Shown here piece by piece: positions 19,764-29,483 of a stretch of 51,864 nt of DNA. Origin of the DNA: Candidatus Omnitrophota bacterium. GTDB taxonomy: Bacteria > Omnitrophota > Gorgyraeia > Zapsychrales > JANLHA01. The first letter of the stretch is position 1. Each line of letters begins with the position of its first letter. The notes beneath the pieces are model-generated. The model was not told the origin of the DNA and did not search any database. It saw only the letters and a list, made by a program, of their open reading frames with translations. Both the position numbers and the translations under genes were made by a program. The stretch is from positions 1-51,864 of the forward strand of contig JAGLNJ010000068.1 in NCBI GenBank assembly GCA_023139575.1, read 5' to 3'.

Positions 19764-20927
19764 CTAACACGCTTTTAAAGCAAGGGCACCCACCTCTTCT
19801 CGTGCCCAACGGTCGGCCTCTAGAATCTCCTTTAAATCAGGCTGACGAACAATCTTATGACTTCTAACAATCTTCTCAATGATGCTGTATATCTTTGTAA
19901 ATGCGATGTCTCCATCCAAAAAAGCGGCAACGGCAACTTCATCCGCAGCGTTTAAAACACTCGGCAATGTCCCCCCTTCTTTAGCAACATGAAACGCCAA
20001 AGACAATGAGGGGAATTTCTTCAAATTTGGTTTTTCAAAATTCAATTTCTTCAATTTAAAAAAATCCACATCAGGCAAATGAGTCGGCCATCGTTCGGGG
20101 TAGGTCATGGCATATTGTATGGGAAGCCTCATGTCCGTGATACCTAATTGCGCGATGATCGATCCATCTTTAAACCCGACCATTGAATGAATAATCGCTT
20201 CCGGATGAACGACAACTTCTATCTCATTTGTTTTCAGCTCAAATAAGCGCAGGGCTTCGATAACTTCAAACCCTTTGTTCATCAATGTTGCCGAGTCGAC
20301 GGTTATTTTCATCCCCATTTTCCAGCGGGGATGAAGAAGAATATCTTCCCTGCTCAATGTTTTAAACTTTGATTGAGGGATATCTTTCAGTACTCCTCCT
20401 GATGCCGTCAGATAAATTTTCTTCAGAAATTTCCGGGGCTGCCCTTGAAGACACTGGAATATAGCGCTTTGCTCGCTATCTACCGGAATAATCTGAGCCT
20501 TATGTCTTTTGGCCTGACGCATCAGTAAATCTCCGGCAATCACTAAGGCCTCTTTGTTTGCCGGTGCGATAGTCTTACCTTCCTTAATCGCTGCCATAAA
20601 AGGAGCCAAAGCCCGACTGCCACTCATCCCGATAACCACAACATCAACAGCCTTAAGCGACACCATATATCCCAGATCTGTTTGGGCATTCAAAACCCTT
20701 ATTTTCAAAGAACCTAATTTTTTCCTTAGGGCAACTACCTTCTCGCCATTCACACCCACATAGCGGGGTGAATACTTTCTGATCTGCTGCTCTAATAAAT
20801 CAATATTGTTGTAGGCGCTAAGCCCAACAACTTTAAATTTATCGGGATACTGATCGACAACCTTAAGTGTATTGATCCCGATAGAACCTGTAGACCCTAA
20901 AATGACTACTTTTTTAATTGGCATCAA
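19764..20927 (-). CDS. dxr: 1-deoxy-D-xylulose 5-phosphate reductoisomerase
   Basis: ILGSTGSIG NADPH-binding motif and PVDSEQSAIFQC. Full-length Dxr. Confidence 0.95.
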   Translation of the reverse strand: MMPIKKVVILGSTGSIGINTLKVVDQYPDKFKVVGLSAYNNIDLLEQQIRKYSPRYVGVNGEKVVALRKKLGSLKIRVLNAQTDLGYMVSLKAVDVVVIGMSGSRALAPFMAAIKEGKTIAPANKEALVIAGDLLMRQAKRHKAQIIPVDSEQSAIFQCLQGQPRKFLKKIYLTASGGVLKDIPQSKFKTLSREDILLHPRWKMGMKITVDSATLMNKGFEVIEALRLFELKTNEIEVVVHPEAIIHSMVGFKDGSIIAQLGITDMRLPIQYAMTYPERWPTHLPDVDFFKLKKLNFEKPNLKKFPSLSLAFHVAKEGGTLPSVLNAADEVAVAAFLDGDIAFTKIYSIIEKIVRSHKIVRQPDLKEILEADRWAREEVGALALKAC

Positions 20928-20940
20928 AAGTATACTCAGA

Positions 20941-21783
20941 TTAAACAGAAGCTAACAGGGCGCTCATATACAAGTAAAAAGACGGTGCGGAAAACAAAAG
21001 ACTGTCAATAATATCTAATACGCCCCCCAAGCCTGGAAGTAATTTCCCCGAATCCTTAACATTACAATCTCTTTTCATGAGAGATTCCGACAGATCACCT
21101 AACTGACCAATGCCACCGAAAAAGGCCCCCATTAAAGCTACATGCCAAAGTTTAAAATCAATCGCCTCCGGCAGAAAAGAGCGCACCAGAAGCGCAGTTA
21201 CTACACTAAAAACAAGACTTCCCGCGCCTCCTTCAATAGATTTATTGGGACTCACCCGAGGTAATAAAGGATGTTTTCCGATCCAACTTCCTATGAGTAA
21301 AGCACCAATGTCTCCCATTTTGGTCACCAACAAAATAAAAGATAACAATTTTATCCCCGCCCAACCATCCAGCAAGAATCTGATCTTTATCAAAAAGCTA
21401 AAGAGCCAGGACACATAAAAAACACCGAACATTGTCGTTGATATACCGACAATAGCGTTGGAATTATCTTTCCGCGCAAACTGCAATAACAATATAGTCA
21501 AGAACGCCAGCGTTATAAAAAGCAATTCCCAATTACGCGTCAATTCAAACCCGCTATAAATCGAAACAGGGATCATGACCCCAATAAATATCCCCATATA
21601 GCTGTATATCGGGATGCCTTTTTTCTTTATCATGTAAAAGAATTCATAAAGCCCGCCGACTGTCAAAGCCAAGATCAGCAACAGTAATGCCCAGTCAAGA
21701 ATTATGGCACTCACTGTCAGAAAAATCATGATAACGGAACTGAAGAATCGTTTTTTACTCACTATTCTTTGCCACTTTGGCAT
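20941..21783 (-). CDS. cdsA: phosphatidate cytidylyltransferase
   Basis: Polytopic membrane protein with C-terminal CTP_transf_1 signature SLMKRDCNVKDSGKLLPGLGGVLDIIDS. As I recall, E. coli has ..PGHGGILDRIDS, so His and Arg are replaced here. uppS-cdsA-dxr-rseP synteny. 29-nt overlap with uppS. Confidence 0.85.
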   Translation of the reverse strand: MPKWQRIVSKKRFFSSVIMIFLTVSAIILDWALLLLILALTVGGLYEFFYMIKKKGIPIYSYMGIFIGVMIPVSIYSGFELTRNWELLFITLAFLTILLLQFARKDNSNAIVGISTTMFGVFYVSWLFSFLIKIRFLLDGWAGIKLLSFILLVTKMGDIGALLIGSWIGKHPLLPRVSPNKSIEGGAGSLVFSVVTALLVRSFLPEAIDFKLWHVALMGAFFGGIGQLGDLSESLMKRDCNVKDSGKLLPGLGGVLDIIDSLLFSAPSFYLYMSALLASV

Positions 21784-22489
21784 CTATTTTGCCAAAACGA
21801 CGCTCTCTTTTTTGATATGTTAGTAGTGCTTTTTTGAACTCTTGGGCATCAAATTCAGGCCAAAATTTTTCGGTAAAATATAATTCCGCATAGGATAATT
21901 GCCATAAAAGAAAATTGCTAATTCGCAACTCACCTGACGTCCTAATCAAAAGATCTGGATCCGGCATCCCCCTTGTAAATAAATGATCACTCATAACCTC
22001 ATCATCAATGGCGTTGATGTCCAGTTTGCCGTCTTTTACTTTCTTGGCAATTTTCTTGGTTGCCTGAATAATCTCTGCCCGGCCCCCATAGTTAAACGCT
22101 AAATTCAGTATAAGTCCGGTATTAATTTTTGTGAGGGCCTTTGCATTATTCAGGCTTTTGAGTATTTCCTCAGGAGCCCCTTCACGTTGCCCGATGACAT
22201 TAATTCTTATATTATTCTTGTTAATAACCTTTATTCTGCCCGACAACACGGATGATAAAGTATTCATCAACATCTTTACCTCACTTCGAGGCCGACTCCA
22301 ATTTTCAGTTGAGAAAACATATACCGTTAGAACTTGAACACCTAAATCATTAGCCACCATGGCAATTTCTTCAACCCTTTTTACACCTTCCAGATGACCT
22401 TTAAAACGCGGCAAGTGCCGACTTTTGGCCCAACGGCCGTTGCCATCCATAATTAAGGCTACATGACTTGGTATATCCTTCAACTGCAT
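21755..22489 (-). CDS. uppS: di-trans,poly-cis-undecaprenyl-diphosphate synthase
   Basis: HVALIMDGNGRWA, FSTENWSRP, RTSGELRISNFLLWQ. Confidence 0.95.
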   Translation of the reverse strand: MQLKDIPSHVALIMDGNGRWAKSRHLPRFKGHLEGVKRVEEIAMVANDLGVQVLTVYVFSTENWSRPRSEVKMLMNTLSSVLSGRIKVINKNNIRINVIGQREGAPEEILKSLNNAKALTKINTGLILNLAFNYGGRAEIIQATKKIAKKVKDGKLDINAIDDEVMSDHLFTRGMPDPDLLIRTSGELRISNFLLWQLSYAELYFTEKFWPEFDAQEFKKALLTYQKRERRFGKIDAKVAKNSE

Positions 22490-22532
22490 AATTTTCGTAT
22501 ATGCTTCTCAAATAATTAAAAAAATAACGTCC

Positions 22533-22559
22533 AAAAAAAGGGGGATTTTTCATCCCCCC
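22533..22559 (-). terminator. Rho-independent terminator after the coiled-coil lipoprotein gene
   Basis: Minus strand reads GGGGGAT-GAAAA-ATCCCCC followed by TTTTTTT, about 55 nt after the stop at 22613. Confidence 0.65.
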
Positions 22560-22612
22560 GATATTAGATGCAAAACTTAAGCATTCTAAAATCTGAAATA
22601 GCAACAAAAAAT

Positions 22613-22960
22613 TTATGGCATATTGTCCTCTGCGCCCTGCCCAGCAATAATCTGCTGCTCCAAAGCCATTTTTTGTTGAGCCATTTCCTTCAATTGCTTC
22701 TCCAAGTCAACGCGGGCGGAATTTCCTTTATCCAGGATGCCTTGAATACTGCCAATCTTATTCTGAGATTCAGATAATTGAGCTTGCAACCCCTTCACTT
22801 TGCTTAAAGCAGTCTGGAGCTGTTCTTCTATACTCATCCTTCTGAATCTTTCTTGATTCAAGTCTTCTTGGACCTTAGATGCGGTAACATTTGCACTAAC
22901 TGCTAAAACACAACCAATGATCGCTACGGCAACTGCTACAGGCAAAGTCATTTTTTTCAC
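22613..22960 (-). CDS. hypothetical coiled-coil protein, probable lipoprotein
   Basis: 115 aa. Signal peptide with lipobox-like AIIGC. The rest is Gln/Glu/Leu-rich and heptad-like (LQTALSKVKGLQAQLSESQNKIGSIQ..). No family recognised. Confidence 0.5.
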   Translation of the reverse strand: MKKMTLPVAVAVAIIGCVLAVSANVTASKVQEDLNQERFRRMSIEEQLQTALSKVKGLQAQLSESQNKIGSIQGILDKGNSARVDLEKQLKEMAQQKMALEQQIIAGQGAEDNMP

Positions 22961-22987
22961 ATTAACCCTCCGTGATTGGTAGTTTGA

Positions 22988-23644
22988 TTACTTCAAATTT
23001 TCCTTTTGTACAATCGCATCTTCTTTCGCTGTATCCGGAAGTATGACAATCTCAACCCGTCTATTTTTCTGACGTCCCTGGGGAGAACTATTAGAATCAA
23101 TAGGACGGTATTCACCGTAACCAGTTGCTGAAAGCCGTACAGGATCAACACCGTGTTCATCTGCTAAATAGTGAAGAACACTCATTGCCCGCCCTGATGA
23201 AAGCTCCCAATTTGATTTCCACCCTGAATGTTTAATTGGCACATTATCGGTATGCCCCTCAATACCGACATTTAAATTTCTAACTGTCGTTTGAAGGACT
23301 CTTGATACTTTATCTAATTTCGACAAGGCAGTGGTTCTCAATTTTGCTTTTCCGGAGTCAAATAGAACCTCAGCAACAAAAGTGATAACCAATCCTCTTT
23401 CCATCATATCGATGTTAACTTCCTTATCATCAATTTCCTGGCTCAAACGACTCTCGAGTTCGCGTTTCGCTCTTTCCAGTTCAGACAACTCATCTTGCAA
23501 CCGATTGTAATCACCTTGCAATCTCGAAATCTGCTCAACATCTTTTCGACGGCCTTTTTGAAAGATAACCGTACAACCACTGGCGCCCATGACTAGGACA
23601 ATTAAAAGTGTAATTAATGTAAATATGGCGGGTGCTTTTCGCAT
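22988..23644 (-). CDS. OmpA/MotB-family peptidoglycan-binding lipoprotein with a coiled-coil linker
   Basis: Start at ATG 23644, 6 nt after GGAGGAG. Signal peptide with lipobox-like ASGC. Coiled-coil region (LQDELSELERAKRELESRL). OmpA_C domain (FDSGKAKL, GHTDNVP, NWELSSGRA, GYGEYRP, NRRVEIVI). Confidence 0.8.
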   Translation of the reverse strand: MRKAPAIFTLITLLIVLVMGASGCTVIFQKGRRKDVEQISRLQGDYNRLQDELSELERAKRELESRLSQEIDDKEVNIDMMERGLVITFVAEVLFDSGKAKLRTTALSKLDKVSRVLQTTVRNLNVGIEGHTDNVPIKHSGWKSNWELSSGRAMSVLHYLADEHGVDPVRLSATGYGEYRPIDSNSSPQGRQKNRRVEIVILPDTAKEDAIVQKENLK

Positions 23645-23780
23645 AAACATCTCCTCCTTTTTGGATTTAACATTAACATACCGATAATATTTAGTCAAGT
23701 ACTTTGATAATATATAGTTATATAATAACTAGCTTCGACAGATATCAGCAATAGGTATACATAAATCTAAATTAAATACC

Positions 23781-25055
23781 TTAATACCGTATTATGGTTT
23801 CTGCTCTTTTAGACCCTGTAGAAACATACTTAACAGAAACCTTAAGCAATTGCTCCAAGCGGTCCAGATATTTGATAGCGTTACGCGGCAAATCGCTGTA
23901 ATTACTAACACCTTTAACCGGTTCCTGCCACCCCGGGAGTTCTTCATAAATTGGTTTAGAATAACATAACATATCAAAATCCATGGGGAAATCTTTATAT
24001 TCCTTACCACGATATTTATATCCGACACATATCTTGATTTTTTTAAGACCGTCTAAGACATCCAGTTTCATGATCGCTAGATCTGAAATACCATTAACCA
24101 TGAGCGAATACCTCACCATAACCGCATCAAACCACCCACAGCGCCTGGGGCGTCCCGTGGTGGCGCCGAATTCATTTCCTTTTTCACGGATTTCATCCAT
24201 AAATTTGGATGTAAATTCTGTTGGAAAAGGCCCTTCGCCCACCCTGGTAGTATACGCCTTAACCGCAGCAATAGCCTTGTCAATCTTTGTCGGGGGAACA
24301 CCACTTCCTGAACACACCCCACCGACAATGGAATTAGAAGAAGTCACAAACGGATATGTGCCAAAATCAATATCCAGAAATGTCCCTTGAGCCCCTTCGA
24401 AAAGAACAGCCTTTCCTTGCTGTATCGACTTATTTAGGTAAATAGCTGTATTGCAAACATACGGGGCAATCTTTTTCCCGTATTTAATGTATTCATTATA
24501 AACCGTGTCTAAATTAAATCCTTTCTGCTTGTAAACTTTCTGAAACGTCTCATTCTTCTCTTTTAAATTATCGGCCAATTTCGACTTGAACACCTTAGGA
24601 TTTAAAAGGTCAATAACACGAATACCGCAACGTGTGACTTTATCAGCATAGCAAGGACCAATACCACGCCCTGTCGTGCCAATTTTGTTCTGCCTTTTCG
24701 ATTCACGCAACCCATCCAGGATGCGATGATACGGCATAACAACATGGGATAATCCGGATATCTTCAATTGTTTCGGTGTAATAGTAATTTTTCGCACCTT
24801 CAGCCCCGCCAACTCCTCAAGAAGAGCCTTGGGGTCTATAACGACACCATTGCCAATCACGCAGACCTTTCCTTTATGTAAAATAGCTGAAGGCAGTAAG
24901 TGAAAGATATATTCATTCTCTCCGACTACAACAGTATGCCCGGCGTTATTCCCCCCCTGAAATCTTACGGCGATATCAATATCATCTGAGATAAAATCTA
25001 TTAGTTTTCCCTTTCCTTCATCACCCCATTGAGCGCCGACAACGACATAATTCAT
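23781..25055 (-). CDS. purA: adenylosuccinate synthase
   Basis: GAQWGDEGKGK P-loop, GGNNAGHT, TTGRGIGPCY. Full-length PurA. Confidence 0.95.
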   Translation of the reverse strand: MNYVVVGAQWGDEGKGKLIDFISDDIDIAVRFQGGNNAGHTVVVGENEYIFHLLPSAILHKGKVCVIGNGVVIDPKALLEELAGLKVRKITITPKQLKISGLSHVVMPYHRILDGLRESKRQNKIGTTGRGIGPCYADKVTRCGIRVIDLLNPKVFKSKLADNLKEKNETFQKVYKQKGFNLDTVYNEYIKYGKKIAPYVCNTAIYLNKSIQQGKAVLFEGAQGTFLDIDFGTYPFVTSSNSIVGGVCSGSGVPPTKIDKAIAAVKAYTTRVGEGPFPTEFTSKFMDEIREKGNEFGATTGRPRRCGWFDAVMVRYSLMVNGISDLAIMKLDVLDGLKKIKICVGYKYRGKEYKDFPMDFDMLCYSKPIYEELPGWQEPVKGVSNYSDLPRNAIKYLDRLEQLLKVSVKYVSTGSKRAETIIRY

Positions 25056-25106
25056 AATAAATATTTTCCTTTCTCTAATTGAAACTTGAATTTATGCAAA
25101 ATAATC

Positions 25107-25910
25107 TCATTGGAAATTAATGTAATAAATACTCAACAACGACAGACTATACCCTAAAAAAACAGCTGATATAATAATCTGCAAAAGAGACAGTGACGAA
25201 TAAATTTCGCGCATCATTTTCTTTGAATTCATAAATATCAAAAACAAAGTAACCAAAATAATGAGCGGAAAGCAATAGGCCAAACCATAAGCAATAAAAA
25301 AACCGATGCCCTGCCAATATTTCCCCGGGAACGTTAATTCCCAATACATGTTATAGACGTGACGGCTACAAGGCCAACGTGATGACAAGATGGCGGTTAA
25401 AGTTCCCAAACAAATTGAAAAAATCCCCGCCCCAAAAACAAAAATGCTTTGTTTAAATTCTCTTTTAGGCGGCAGTTTTGTTTGATCGACCAAAAAATCG
25501 AAAGAAACCTTCAATCTCTCGACCTTGCCTTCATTTTTACGGAGCCTTAGCCAATCCAAAAAAAAGACGCAGCCGAAAATCAAAGAAGCCATGATGACAA
25601 TAAAATAGCCAACTTCTAAGATAATATCATAAGAACTGTGCAACAAAAAAGAATCAACCGTTCCTAATGTAATCAAAGTGATTGACGCGATAACACTAAA
25701 AATAAAATAAAAACTATAAAGAGCTAAATTCAGTTTTCGTCTCAAAATAAAATATGCAAACATCAAAAAAACAATGATTGCGGTGAGACCACCCAGATTT
25801 AAACCATCAATAAATCCCGCGCGGATTGCAGGAAGAAAACCAAACCCTGCATAATTTTTAAGGGATGATAAATAAGACCGCTCTTTATTTTTTTTATTTT
25901 TCAGAATCAT
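25107..25910 (-). CDS. hypothetical polytopic membrane protein
   Basis: About 6 hydrophobic segments. The track start is a TTG (25925); ATG 25910 is preferred. No family assigned with confidence. Confidence 0.45.
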   Translation of the reverse strand: MILKNKKNKERSYLSSLKNYAGFGFLPAIRAGFIDGLNLGGLTAIIVFLMFAYFILRRKLNLALYSFYFIFSVIASITLITLGTVDSFLLHSSYDIILEVGYFIVIMASLIFGCVFFLDWLRLRKNEGKVERLKVSFDFLVDQTKLPPKREFKQSIFVFGAGIFSICLGTLTAILSSRWPCSRHVYNMYWELTFPGKYWQGIGFFIAYGLAYCFPLIILVTLFLIFMNSKKMMREIYSSLSLLQIIISAVFLGYSLSLLSIYYINFQ

Positions 25911-25935
25911 CCAGCACCGCACCAAAGCCTTGTTT

Positions 25936-27519
25936 TTACACCTTGATTAATTTGGCAAACAAAACATCTTTCGTGTCTTGAATTTCTTTGATAACTTTCG
26001 GATCGACATCACTATCGACGTTCACAACACTAACGGCTAAACCTCCAAGTGTCTCACGGCCAAAAGTAATGCCGGCAATATTGATTTTTTCTCTTGCTAA
26101 TACTGTTCCCACTGCGCCAACGATCCCCGGCTTATCATTATTATTGATAAAAATAATATTGCCGTCGGGAATGGCTTCTACATAAACCTGGTTAATTTTC
26201 ACAATTCTCGGCTGTTTATTCCCCGATAAAGTACCCCAAACAATAAAAGTTTCTCGGTCTGTCTTAATTTCCACCGCAACCAAATTTACAAACTCCGCTT
26301 CTTGATTTGATTGCACTTCCTGCACATTGATTCCTCGTTCCTTTGCAACATCCAGTGAATTGATATTGTTAACGGTCTCACCCAGGATGGGGGCTAAAAT
26401 CCCGTTAACAAGCGACATGGTAATCGGTGTTACTTTATACTGCGTCATCACACCGTTATAAACAACCTTAATTTCACTTATCGCCCCATTAAGCAATTGC
26501 CCAGCGAATTTCCCCATCTTCTCCGCTAAATCGATATAGGGTTCAAGAAACTTATAAGCTTCCGCCGAAAGTGAAGGAAAGTTTGCGGCATTGACGATTC
26601 CTTTACCCTGCAATGCATTGCGAACGGCCTCGGCAATTTCAATAGCAACATTAATTTGCGCTTCAGATGTTGATGCCCCTAAATGCGGAGTCGCGACACA
26701 ATTCGCATACTTTATCATCGGCAAATCAGCTGGTGGAGGTTCTTTTTCATAGACATCAACAGCGCACCCGGCGATCTTGCCGTCTTCAAGGGCCTGAGCT
26801 AAAGCAGCCTCATCAACGATACCTCCACGGGCACAATTGATCAGCCGAACATCTTTTTTCATCATACCGATCTCTTTTTCGGAAATGAGCCCCTTTGTTT
26901 CAGCGCTCTTTGGAATATGAATAGTAATGTAATCGGAATTCTTGAGCAAATCTTCAAAAGTCACCATTTCCACACCTTTGTTTGAAGCGACTTCTTTGGA
27001 AATAAATGGATCATAAGCAACGATCTTCATGCCGAATCCTTTAGCCATATTAGCAACGGTAGCGCCGATACGGCCCAGGCCGATGACACCGAGTGTTTTA
27101 CCATACAATTCAACACCCCCGAATTTTGAACGCTCCCACTTCCCATCTTTTAAAGACGCGTACGCTTGAGGAATATTGCGAGAGAGAGACAAAATAAGAC
27201 TCATCGTCAATTCAGCTGTTGATGTGGTATTACCGGCGGGTGTATTCATTGCCACGATTCCTTTTTTGGTTGCAGCCTTAAGATCGACATTGTCCAGCCC
27301 CACACCGGCACGGCCGATAACTTGCAATTTATCAGCGGCTTCAATAATTTCTGCGGTGACCTTCGTCCCGCTGCGAATGATTAAGCCATCATATTCACTA
27401 ATAATGGACTTAAGTTCCTCGGGTTTTAATCCGAATTTACAATCGACCTTAAAACCTTTCGTTGCGTTAAGAATCTCTACACCTTCATTCGCCAATTTGT
27501 CACTGATTAGTATTTTCAT
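25936..27519 (-). CDS. serA: D-3-phosphoglycerate dehydrogenase
   Basis: D-2-hydroxyacid dehydrogenase fold with NAD motif GVIGLGRIG. Long form with C-terminal ASB/ACT-like region. ATG 27519 is preceded by GGAAAGGAAA. Confidence 0.9.
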   Translation of the reverse strand: MKILISDKLANEGVEILNATKGFKVDCKFGLKPEELKSIISEYDGLIIRSGTKVTAEIIEAADKLQVIGRAGVGLDNVDLKAATKKGIVAMNTPAGNTTSTAELTMSLILSLSRNIPQAYASLKDGKWERSKFGGVELYGKTLGVIGLGRIGATVANMAKGFGMKIVAYDPFISKEVASNKGVEMVTFEDLLKNSDYITIHIPKSAETKGLISEKEIGMMKKDVRLINCARGGIVDEAALAQALEDGKIAGCAVDVYEKEPPPADLPMIKYANCVATPHLGASTSEAQINVAIEIAEAVRNALQGKGIVNAANFPSLSAEAYKFLEPYIDLAEKMGKFAGQLLNGAISEIKVVYNGVMTQYKVTPITMSLVNGILAPILGETVNNINSLDVAKERGINVQEVQSNQEAEFVNLVAVEIKTDRETFIVWGTLSGNKQPRIVKINQVYVEAIPDGNIIFINNNDKPGIVGAVGTVLAREKINIAGITFGRETLGGLAVSVVNVDSDVDPKVIKEIQDTKDVLFAKLIKV

Positions 27520-27576
27520 AGTCGTTTCCTTTCCACGTGAATCAAAAAGCATGATTAAATATTAAGAAATAGCTGT

Positions 27577-28716
27577 TTAGCTGTTAAAAACTTTTTGTGC
27601 AGCTGCAACACCATCCCCGAGATTAAATTTGTAACCTGCAGAGTTTAAAGTTTTTTCTATACAGGCAATTCCCGTCAGCACATCATATTCATCCAAACTA
27701 CCCATATGTGCCATACGGAAAATTTTCCCTTTTAATTGGGCCTGCCCACCGGCCATAGTTATACCATGCGTGTCACGCATCGTCTTAACCAATTTCACCC
27801 CATCAACACCATCCGGAACATTAACAGATGTTAGAACATTTGAAATGCATGACTCGTCGGCAAAAAGAGTAAGACCAATCGCTTCCATGGCCGCACGTGT
27901 CCCTTTTGCCAATCTTTCATAATGCTTAAATAAATTATCTATACCGGCCTCTTTGATCATCTTCAAGCTTTCGCTTAAGGCAATGACAACCCCAATGGCC
28001 GGAGTAAACGGCGTATCGGTCTTGGTTGCTGACTTCAAATATTTCCTCAGATCAAAATAATAGCTTGGGCTGGTAGACTTTTCGATAAGGGCTTTCGCCT
28101 TTTCGCTAATCGATACAAACGCCACCCCCGGAGGCAGCATAAGTCCTTTATGGGAAGCTGATGCCACCAGGTCAACCGCCCAGTTGTCCGTCTGCAGATC
28201 CGTAACGCCCAAACCGCTTACGGCATCCGCAACAAGGACCGCATCCGTCTGCTTGACAACTTCACCTATCGCTTCAATGTCTGCGGTCACTCCAGTGGAA
28301 GTCTCGCAAAGAGTGACGAACACCGCCTTGATCTCTTTATCTTTGCCAAGTGCCTCCTTGATAGCTGCAGGATCCACGGCCTTTCCCCACTCTACATCCA
28401 TAACTTGAGCTTCTACGCCATAGGCTTTGCATAGCTCCGTCCATCGCTCTCCGAACTTCCCCCCCTCTACCGTGATCACCTTATCACCCGGAGAAAGAAT
28501 ACTGCATACACTGGCCTCCATAGCCCCTGTACCAGAAGAGGCCATGAGACAAATATCATTTTTCGTTTGCAGAACATATTGCAAACCTTCAATAACTTCT
28601 TTTAAATAACCTTGAAATTGCGGTGTGCGGTGATGAATGATGGGCTTTCCCAACACATCACATAACCTGGAAGGAACTTGTGTTGGGCCCGGGGCGAGTA
28701 TTAAATTTCTTTTCAT
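27577..28716 (-). CDS. class V aminotransferase (serine-pyruvate/alanine-glyoxylate family; plausible phosphoserine aminotransferase)
   Basis: LILAPGPTQVP N-terminus and PLP-lysine region SASHKGLMLPPG. Adjacent to serA. ATG 28716 has AAAGGA 8 nt upstream. Confidence 0.8.
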   Translation of the reverse strand: MKRNLILAPGPTQVPSRLCDVLGKPIIHHRTPQFQGYLKEVIEGLQYVLQTKNDICLMASSGTGAMEASVCSILSPGDKVITVEGGKFGERWTELCKAYGVEAQVMDVEWGKAVDPAAIKEALGKDKEIKAVFVTLCETSTGVTADIEAIGEVVKQTDAVLVADAVSGLGVTDLQTDNWAVDLVASASHKGLMLPPGVAFVSISEKAKALIEKSTSPSYYFDLRKYLKSATKTDTPFTPAIGVVIALSESLKMIKEAGIDNLFKHYERLAKGTRAAMEAIGLTLFADESCISNVLTSVNVPDGVDGVKLVKTMRDTHGITMAGGQAQLKGKIFRMAHMGSLDEYDVLTGIACIEKTLNSAGYKFNLGDGVAAAQKVFNS

Positions 28717-28833
28717 ATCCAATATCCTTTCTATTAAGCAACTCACAATAAAATAGGATAGACAAAATAAATTGGCTATCTAAAATATACTATCTTTTAG
28801 TATTAGTAAAATTTTTTTGACCCTAGGGTGGTT

Positions 28834-29439
28834 CTATTTATTTTTTGCACTATAGAGAACCTCATCAACAATGCCGTAAGATTTAGCCTCTTCGGCCGAC
28901 ATAAAATAATCCCGATCAGAATCGGATGCAATCCTCTCTTTTTCTTGACCTGTATGTTTTGATAATATGCCGATAAGTTCATCTTTCATCCTCAAAATTT
29001 CCTGGGCTTGAATAGATATGTCGCTTGCCGTCCCCTGAGCTCCCCCCCAAGGCTGATGGATCATAATGCGTGAATACGGCAATGAAAATCTCTTGCCCTT
29101 GGCGCCTGCGGCGAGTAAAACAGCACCCATGCTGGCGGCCTGCCCTATACAGTAGGTACACACATCCGGCTTCACGAACTGGATCGTATCATAAATGGCC
29201 AAACCGGCCGTCACTGACCCACCCGGAGAATTGAGGTAAATGTTTATATCTTTGGAAGCATCTTCGCTTTGCAGAAAAAGAAGCTGGGCAATAATGAGGT
29301 TGGCGACATTATCATCTATCGGAGTGCCGATGAAAATGATCCTTTCTTTAAGCAGCCTGGAAAAAATATCATAGGCTCGTTCAGCATGCCCTGATTTCTC
29401 AACAACCATTGGAACTAAGGTCTGAAATTTTGCATCCAT
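28834..29439 (-). CDS. clpP: ATP-dependent Clp protease proteolytic subunit
   Basis: [12 protein letters not shown], catalytic Ser in GQAASMGA, and His in [11 protein letters not shown] 29439 is preceded by AAAGGAG. Confidence 0.95.
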   Translation of the reverse strand: MDAKFQTLVPMVVEKSGHAERAYDIFSRLLKERIIFIGTPIDDNVANLIIAQLLFLQSEDASKDINIYLNSPGGSVTAGLAIYDTIQFVKPDVCTYCIGQAASMGAVLLAAGAKGKRFSLPYSRIMIHQPWGGAQGTASDISIQAQEILRMKDELIGILSKHTGQEKERIASDSDRDYFMSAEEAKSYGIVDEVLYSAKNK

Positions 29440-29483
29440 TTTATATTTTCTCCTTTTTGAAAAATTAATATTCCGACCGTGGC

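Noticed and set aside
25107-25910. Possible DsbD_2/CcdA-like thiol-disulfide membrane transporter (GFIDGLN.. resembles the G..DG.NPC motif).
   Set aside because: The essential Cys of that motif is absent (NLGG instead of NPC). The resemblance rests on a few residues recalled from memory, so the family assignment cannot be supported.
28820-28829. Perfect 10-nt palindrome ACCCTAGGGT just after the clpP stop as a terminator.
   Set aside because: The stem is only 5 bp with no loop. On the minus strand it is followed by an A-run, not a U-tract.
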